A DNA stretch of 64,000 bases from a bacterium (GTDB lineage Bacteria; Krumholzibacteriota; Krumholzibacteriia; G020349025), in NCBI GenBank assembly GCA_031362565.1, contig JANLSU010000088.1:1-64000 (forward strand), given 5' to 3'. A model generated the notes under the pieces. That model did no database searches and had not been told where the DNA came from. It saw only the letters and a list, made by a program, of their open reading frames with translations. Below, piece after piece: positions 59,011 to 64,000 of the stretch. Made by a program: the position numbers and the translations under genes. Position 1 is the first letter of the stretch. Each line of letters begins with the position of its first letter.

Positions 59011-59063
59011 GCACCGGGCTCGCGCCCGCTCGCGGAGCGGCCGTTCGGGGTCGACTCTGGCCG

Positions 59064-60182
59064 TCAGATGGCGAGTTCGGCGAGAAACCGGTCTGCGCTC
59101 ACGATGCGAATGCCTTCGGCCCCAATGCGGTCATAGCGTGGGCGAGCGAGGACCTGCAGGGCTTCGACCTGCGGGAACTTTCGCTTGAGATAGAGCAATG
59201 CGGGGCTGATCGCGGTTTCGGCGAGTTTGCATTCCACGAACCGAACCGGCTTGCCATCGAGCAGTTGTACGAAGTCCACCTCGCGTCCTTCGATGTCACG
59301 GAAGAACCGCAGTTCGGCATCGCGGCCTTCGGTGTCCTCCAGGTAGTGGCATTCCTTGAGAAGGTGGAACGCAACGACGTTTTCAAAGCGGAAGCCGTCA
59401 TCGGGTACCGTCGTCCAGTCAAAATGGTAGTGCTTGCGGCTTTTTTTGACCGCCTTGATGCGTGGCGGGCCGAACGGCAAAAGGCGAAACACGAAGAGGA
59501 GGCGTTCCAAGATCTCGACCCAGCGCTCAACGGTTCGATGGGCAACCTGCAGATCTTCGCGCAACGCGTTGATTGAGAGCGGGGCGCCCACGAGGGCTGG
59601 AAGGCGGAGCGAAAGCTGCTCCAGAGTCCCTAATTCCTCGACCCGCTCCAAATCAGCCACGTCTTCACGGATCAGCCTCGACCGATACTCTCGCGACCAA
59701 CGCCGTGCCTTCTGCGCACTACCCGAAAAGAGCGGTTCCGGGAACGGGCCCGAAGCCATGAGGTCCGCGAGCGAGCACCCCGCTTCTTTGAGAGAGAATG
59801 GATACAGCCTGATGTGATGATAGCGGCCCTGCAGTGAGTCACCGCCGCGGCGATACAAATCCAGGCGGGCGCTGCCGGTCACGAGAATGTGGAGTCGATC
59901 CCGGTGGGTGTCGTACACGCCCTTGAGCAGGTTTCTCCAGCGCGCGAACTTGTGAATTTCATCGAACACCAGCAATCCCTCCCGCGGAAACTCGCGGGCC
60001 AGGATGCGTGTTCGCGCCTCGTCATCGTCCCAATTCAAGTAACGGTTCGCGGATGACCGGTGACTACGCCCCAGGATGGCGCGCGCAAGAGTGGTTTTGC
60101 CGGACTGCCGGGGCCCGGACACGAGGACCATTTTCTCTTCCAGGTCCCGGCTGATTGCTGCATCGAGGCTTCGGGCGTGCAT
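59064..60182 (-). CDS. AAA+ ATPase (AAA_14 / DUF4143 type)
   Basis: Walker A GPRQSGKTT, Walker B VFDEIHK, VTGSA, GDSLQGRY, FEN.VA.HL, REVDF, VECK. Confidence 0.9.
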   Translation of the reverse strand: MHARSLDAAISRDLEEKMVLVSGPRQSGKTTLARAILGRSHRSSANRYLNWDDDEARTRILAREFPREGLLVFDEIHKFARWRNLLKGVYDTHRDRLHILVTGSARLDLYRRGGDSLQGRYHHIRLYPFSLKEAGCSLADLMASGPFPEPLFSGSAQKARRWSREYRSRLIREDVADLERVEELGTLEQLSLRLPALVGAPLSINALREDLQVAHRTVERWVEILERLLFVFRLLPFGPPRIKAVKKSRKHYHFDWTTVPDDGFRFENVVAFHLLKECHYLEDTEGRDAELRFFRDIEGREVDFVQLLDGKPVRFVECKLAETAISPALLYLKRKFPQVEALQVLARPRYDRIGAEGIRIVSADRFLAELAI

Positions 60183-60218
60183 GGCGTAGGATGACACGGA
60201 TGCGAAAATCATGGCAAG

Positions 60219-60242
60219 AAATTTCACCTGGGGGTGAAATTT
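60219..60242. promoter_or_regulatory. perfect 10-bp AT-rich inverted repeat (operator or terminator)
   Basis: AAATTTCACC-TGGG-GGTGAAATTT between the NTT gene stop and the ATPase start. Confidence 0.5.
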
Positions 60243-60268
60243 TCGGATTGGCCCGTCCCCTCCTCCGC

Positions 60269-61642
60269 TCAGCCCGGCGTGAGGCGGCGGTATTGGCGCA
60301 GGACGCCAACCGCCAGCAGGATCCACACGGCGACCAGCACGAGGTTCACGAGCGCAAATTGCTCGATGCTGAGCGCCATCGCCGTGCCGGCAAGGACCAC
60401 GAAGGCCGACGTGACGTCGCCGGTGCGGACGAAGAACGTGTCGATGGCGGCTTTGGCCTTGTACTTGACTTCGCGGCTCGTCGGCAGAAAGAGCGCCTGC
60501 TTGACCGTGTTCTGAATCGAATAGTCCGCTGAGTTCTCGAAAATCTTCACACCGCGGATGAGGCCGATCCCAGCCCCGAAAGCGAGCGTTGCGTAGCCGC
60601 CGAGTGCCACCAACGGCAGAATCATCAGGCCGACGCGAACTCCGCCGTACTTCAAGATTCGCGACACGACGAACAACTGCAACGCGGCCGTCAAGATGTT
60701 GATATACAGGAAGTAGTTCGAATAGAACCGGCCGATCCACTGTCCCTCTTTGAGCCCGCCCGCGGTTCCCGCCGCCACTGCTTGCGCCGCCGCCTCCGAG
60801 ACCTTCTTGCCGAGAATGAACTCGCCGGTCGAATTGACGACGTTGGCCAGCAGAACGAGGCACGCAATGAGAAGGAGATAACGATTTGCAAAGACCAGTT
60901 GGAATCCGCCGCCCGCGCCAACCGGTTTTTCAGCCTCACCCGCCGCAGCGGCGCGTTCCAGGCGCGCCCGCGCTTCCCGCCGGTGGATCACGTTCGTGAA
61001 GCCGATGCAGACTCCCAACAGTGCACCCGCAATGAGCAGCATCTGCGCCTCGCCGACGCCGATGATCTTGCCGGCAATCCATGCACCACCGACCGCACCG
61101 AAGGATGCCCCGAAACCAACGATCGGGAAGAGGCGCTTCCCCTGATCCGGCGTGTACACGTCGTTCGCGAAGGCCCAGAATTGGGCCACAACCATGTTGT
61201 TGAAAATGCCGACCCAAACGAAGAAGCCGATCGCGAGCCACACACTGACCGCCGTCTTGGAGAGCACCCAGAAAATAGCCAAGTTGGCGATGAAGAAGAG
61301 CGTCACGAAGGTGATGAGCTTTTGGCGCGGCACGGCGGAAGCGAGCCGCGCGTAGTACTTGATCACAAAAACGAGCAAGATCGCCATGAGCCCCGAGGCA
61401 TAGCTCTTGATCTGCGCCTTTCCAACTGTCCATCCGAAGATGTCGGCCGTGCCGCCCTGCAGAATGAACGACTCGCGCACCGGCTTGATCAGGTAGTAGG
61501 CCGTGAAGAGCAAGAAGACGTTGACCATGAGCAGTAATGCCGTGCCGGCTTCGCCGGGCCGCACGTCCGCGAAGAGCGCGAGGCACCATTCCACCGGGCC
61601 TTTGCGCTTCCTCGGTGCGTTCATTGCCATCGACGTCGCCAT
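60269..61642 (-). CDS. NTT/TLC family (Npt1/Npt2-like) nucleotide transporter, stand-alone
   Basis: DVRPGE, AYYLIKPVRE, QFWAFANDVYT..QGKRLFP, ENSADYSIQNT, KYKAKAAIDTFFVR.GD. Confidence 0.88.
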   Translation of the reverse strand: MATSMAMNAPRKRKGPVEWCLALFADVRPGEAGTALLLMVNVFLLFTAYYLIKPVRESFILQGGTADIFGWTVGKAQIKSYASGLMAILLVFVIKYYARLASAVPRQKLITFVTLFFIANLAIFWVLSKTAVSVWLAIGFFVWVGIFNNMVVAQFWAFANDVYTPDQGKRLFPIVGFGASFGAVGGAWIAGKIIGVGEAQMLLIAGALLGVCIGFTNVIHRREARARLERAAAAGEAEKPVGAGGGFQLVFANRYLLLIACLVLLANVVNSTGEFILGKKVSEAAAQAVAAGTAGGLKEGQWIGRFYSNYFLYINILTAALQLFVVSRILKYGGVRVGLMILPLVALGGYATLAFGAGIGLIRGVKIFENSADYSIQNTVKQALFLPTSREVKYKAKAAIDTFFVRTGDVTSAFVVLAGTAMALSIEQFALVNLVLVAVWILLAVGVLRQYRRLTPG

Positions 61643-61699
61643 GTCGCCTTCTCATCCCTTCGCGGCAAGATTGTTCGGAACCGTCACGCGGTTCGCGCC

Positions 61700-63010
61700 T
61701 CAGGCGCGCGGCAGCGTCTTTTCGACCGCAGTAAGTGCTTTGTCGAGCGCGCCCAGCGCGCGTTGCACGTCGTCCTTGTTGACGATGAGCGGCGGCGTGA
61801 GGCGCAGCACATTATTATAGTACCCACCGCGCCCGACGAGCACGCCATCGTCCTTCATGAGTTCCATGACGCGCACGACTTCCGCCGCGGCCGGTTCCTT
61901 GGTCTTGCGATCCTTGACGAGTTCCACACCCACCATGAGGCCTTTGCCGCGCGACTCGCCGATGAGCGGATGCTTTTCCTTGAGCCCCGCCAGGCCATCC
62001 TGCAACACCTTGCCCATGCGCTCGGAGTTGCCGATGAGATCGTGCTTGCGGATGTAGTCCATGTTGGCCATTGCCGCCGCCATGGTGATGGGGTTGCCGC
62101 CGAAGGTCGAAACATTCGGTCCCGAATAGGCATCGGCAATCTCGGCCTTGGCGATGAAAGCGCCAATAGCATAGCCGTTCGCCATGCCCTTCGCGAACAC
62201 CATCATGTCCGGCTGCACTCCCCAGTGCTCGATGCTGAACATGTGCGTGCCGCTTCGGCCCCAGCCGCCCTGCACCTCGTCGGCAATCGTGACCCCACCG
62301 TACTTCTTGACGATGTCGTAGACAATCGGAAAGAACTCGAGTGGCGGCGTGATGAATCCGCCGACGCCTTGAATCGGTTCGTGGATGAAGGCCGCGATGC
62401 GCCCCGCCGTCGAACTCTGGATGACGCCCTCGAGATCGCGCGCGCACTGCATTTCGCACGATGGATACGTGAGCTTGAACGGGCAGCGGTAGCAGTAGGC
62501 ATTGGCCGTGAAATGGACATTGCCCATGGTTGCGACCGGCACCCGCCACGTCGACTGGCCGGAGACGCCGATCGCGACATGCGAGCGCCCGTGGTACGAA
62601 TGCCGAAGCGCCACGACATCTTCGCGCTGGGTGAACATTTTGGCGGTCAAGAGCGCCGTGTCGATGGCCTCGGTGCCGCTGTTGCAAAAAAAGGACTTCT
62701 TCAGATCGCCGGGCGCCGTCCGCGCCAGTTCCTCCGCCAGCTCAAGCATCGGCTCGATGAGATACACGGTCGACACGTGCTGCAGCTTGTCGACTTGGGC
62801 ATGCACGGCGGCATTGATGTCAGGGTTCGAGTGGCCGGAGTTGACCGACAGGATCCCGGCGAAGAAATCGAGGTATTCGCGCCCGGTGCTGTCCTTCAGG
62901 AACTGCATCGAACCGCTGACCAGGTTCATCGGTTTCTCGTAGTAGTGCTTCACGCAGGGGAGGACATACTCCTGCTTCAGCTTGACGAGTTCCTCGGGGC
63001 TGCGTGGCAC
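61700..63010 (-). CDS. class III PLP-dependent aminotransferase (AGXT2 / beta-alanine aminotransferase-like)
   Basis: YLDFFAGI, GHS, NSGTEA, SYHGRS, EPIQGVGG, DEVQGGWGR, FAKGMANG, TFGGNP; AGGAGG RBS before GTG 63010. Confidence 0.9.
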   Translation of the reverse strand: MPRSPEELVKLKQEYVLPCVKHYYEKPMNLVSGSMQFLKDSTGREYLDFFAGILSVNSGHSNPDINAAVHAQVDKLQHVSTVYLIEPMLELAEELARTAPGDLKKSFFCNSGTEAIDTALLTAKMFTQREDVVALRHSYHGRSHVAIGVSGQSTWRVPVATMGNVHFTANAYCYRCPFKLTYPSCEMQCARDLEGVIQSSTAGRIAAFIHEPIQGVGGFITPPLEFFPIVYDIVKKYGGVTIADEVQGGWGRSGTHMFSIEHWGVQPDMMVFAKGMANGYAIGAFIAKAEIADAYSGPNVSTFGGNPITMAAAMANMDYIRKHDLIGNSERMGKVLQDGLAGLKEKHPLIGESRGKGLMVGVELVKDRKTKEPAAAEVVRVMELMKDDGVLVGRGGYYNNVLRLTPPLIVNKDDVQRALGALDKALTAVEKTLPRA

Positions 63011-63104
63011 GAGCGACCTCCTGCAAGAACGGGTAGGGATCCCAGGGCGGCGCCAAGCCGTCCGCATTCTACGGCTGCGAGTCCGACTCGGATGGCAACG
63101 CCCT

Positions 63105-63971
63105 CTACGGGAGCTGCCGCACTAAATCGTCGTACGTTTCCGGGCGCCGATCCCGGTAGAACTGCCAAGTCGAGCGCACTTTCCCGATCAAGTCGAGGTC
63201 GAGATCCGCGACCAGCAGCTCTTCCTTGTCCTCGCTCGCTTGCGCCACGAATTGGCCGCGCGGATCGCAGAAATAGCTCGAACCATAAAAGGCGCCGGTC
63301 GCCCAGGGCTTCTCGACGCCCACCCGGTTGATGGCCCCGACGAAATAGCCGTTCGCGACCGCATGCGCCGGCTGCTCCAGATGCCAGAGGTACTTGGAGA
63401 GCCCGGCGATCGTCGCCGACGGATTGAACAGGATCTCGGCGCCGTTCAGCCCCAGAAGGCGCGCCCCCTCCGGGAAATGCCGGTCGTAACAGATATAGAC
63501 GCCGATCCGGGCATACTTCGTCTTGAAGGTCGGGTAGCCGAGGTTGCCGGGCTTGAAATAGAACTTCTCCCAGAAGCCTTCCACCTGCGGGATATGGTTC
63601 TTGCGGTAGATGCCGAGGAGCGTGCCATCGGCGTCGACAACGGCGGCGGTGTTGTAGTACACGCCGGTCATCGCTTCCTCGTAGATCGGCACAACAAGCA
63701 CCATCTGGTATTTGCGCGCCAGCTTCTGCGCCCACTCGACCGTCGGTCCCGGGATCGGCTCGGCGGTGCCGTACCACTTGGGATCTTGCTCGGCGCAGAA
63801 GTAGGGTCCGAAAAAGACTTCCTGCAGACACAAGATTTGGACGCCCTTGGCCCCTGCCTGGTCGATGAACCGCTCGTGTTTGTCGATCGCCGCCTTCTTG
63901 ATGTCGGCCAGATCACCCTGGGTGACTTCGCAGGCCGTTTGCACCAAGCCGCAGCGCACGTTGCGCGCCAT
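63105..63971 (-). CDS. nitrilase-family amidohydrolase (beta-ureidopropionase / N-carbamoyl-amino acid hydrolase-like)
   Basis: Catalytic E (LQEVF), K (YRKNHIP), C (ICYDRHFPE); GPYFCAEQ and FWEKFYFKPGNLGYP motifs. Confidence 0.88.
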   Translation of the reverse strand: MARNVRCGLVQTACEVTQGDLADIKKAAIDKHERFIDQAGAKGVQILCLQEVFFGPYFCAEQDPKWYGTAEPIPGPTVEWAQKLARKYQMVLVVPIYEEAMTGVYYNTAAVVDADGTLLGIYRKNHIPQVEGFWEKFYFKPGNLGYPTFKTKYARIGVYICYDRHFPEGARLLGLNGAEILFNPSATIAGLSKYLWHLEQPAHAVANGYFVGAINRVGVEKPWATGAFYGSSYFCDPRGQFVAQASEDKEELLVADLDLDLIGKVRSTWQFYRDRRPETYDDLVRQLP

Positions 63972-64000
63972 GCTGCCCTCCGGGGCCGCGCCGGGCCGCG

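Noticed and set aside
1..64000. tRNA, rRNA, IS elements or prophage genes
   Set aside because: None recognised by eye; an Infernal/tRNAscan/ISEScan run would be needed to exclude small elements

Overview
GC-rich bacterial chromosomal window. It most likely comes from an FCB-group candidate lineage (Krumholzibacteria/Eisenbacteria/Latescibacteria-like). This is inferred from the many secreted proteins ending in an NPFNP...KxxLLK FlgD-Ig/T9SS-like C-terminal domain and from short 'W-G/S-x-V-K-x-L-Y' C-terminal tails. The dominant feature is a family of nine ~1070-aa paralogous secreted proteins: eight head-to-tail copies on the minus strand (13661-39811, ~3.27-kb period, two frameshifted) plus one inverted, more divergent copy at 9468-12671. 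They share a conserved scaffold with a few hypervariable loops, two N-terminal subtypes with a co-varying cysteine pair, and patchwork sequence sharing. The left flank holds a cobalamin-binding-type protein (probable CTG start), M14 and S9 peptidases, and an HDOD-CheD-HDOD cluster with a consensus sigma54 promoter. An RDD protein with an SSB-like DDWIPF tail lies between P1 and the array. The right flank begins with asnB / AlgD-like dehydrogenase / GT4, a ThrRS editing domain, tag, an NTT-HEAT transporter with a cNMP-binding partner, and a GNAT-like hypothetical. It continues with a poly-G-interrupted spermidine-synthase-like membrane protein, DUF2442, a DMFase-beta-like FlgD protein, a racemase homologue lacking its catalytic Cys pair and an AAA ATPase. 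It ends with a second NTT transporter next to putative reductive pyrimidine catabolism genes. No rRNA, tRNA, CRISPR array, transposase or integrase was recognised. Domain calls are from motif recognition by eye, not database searches.
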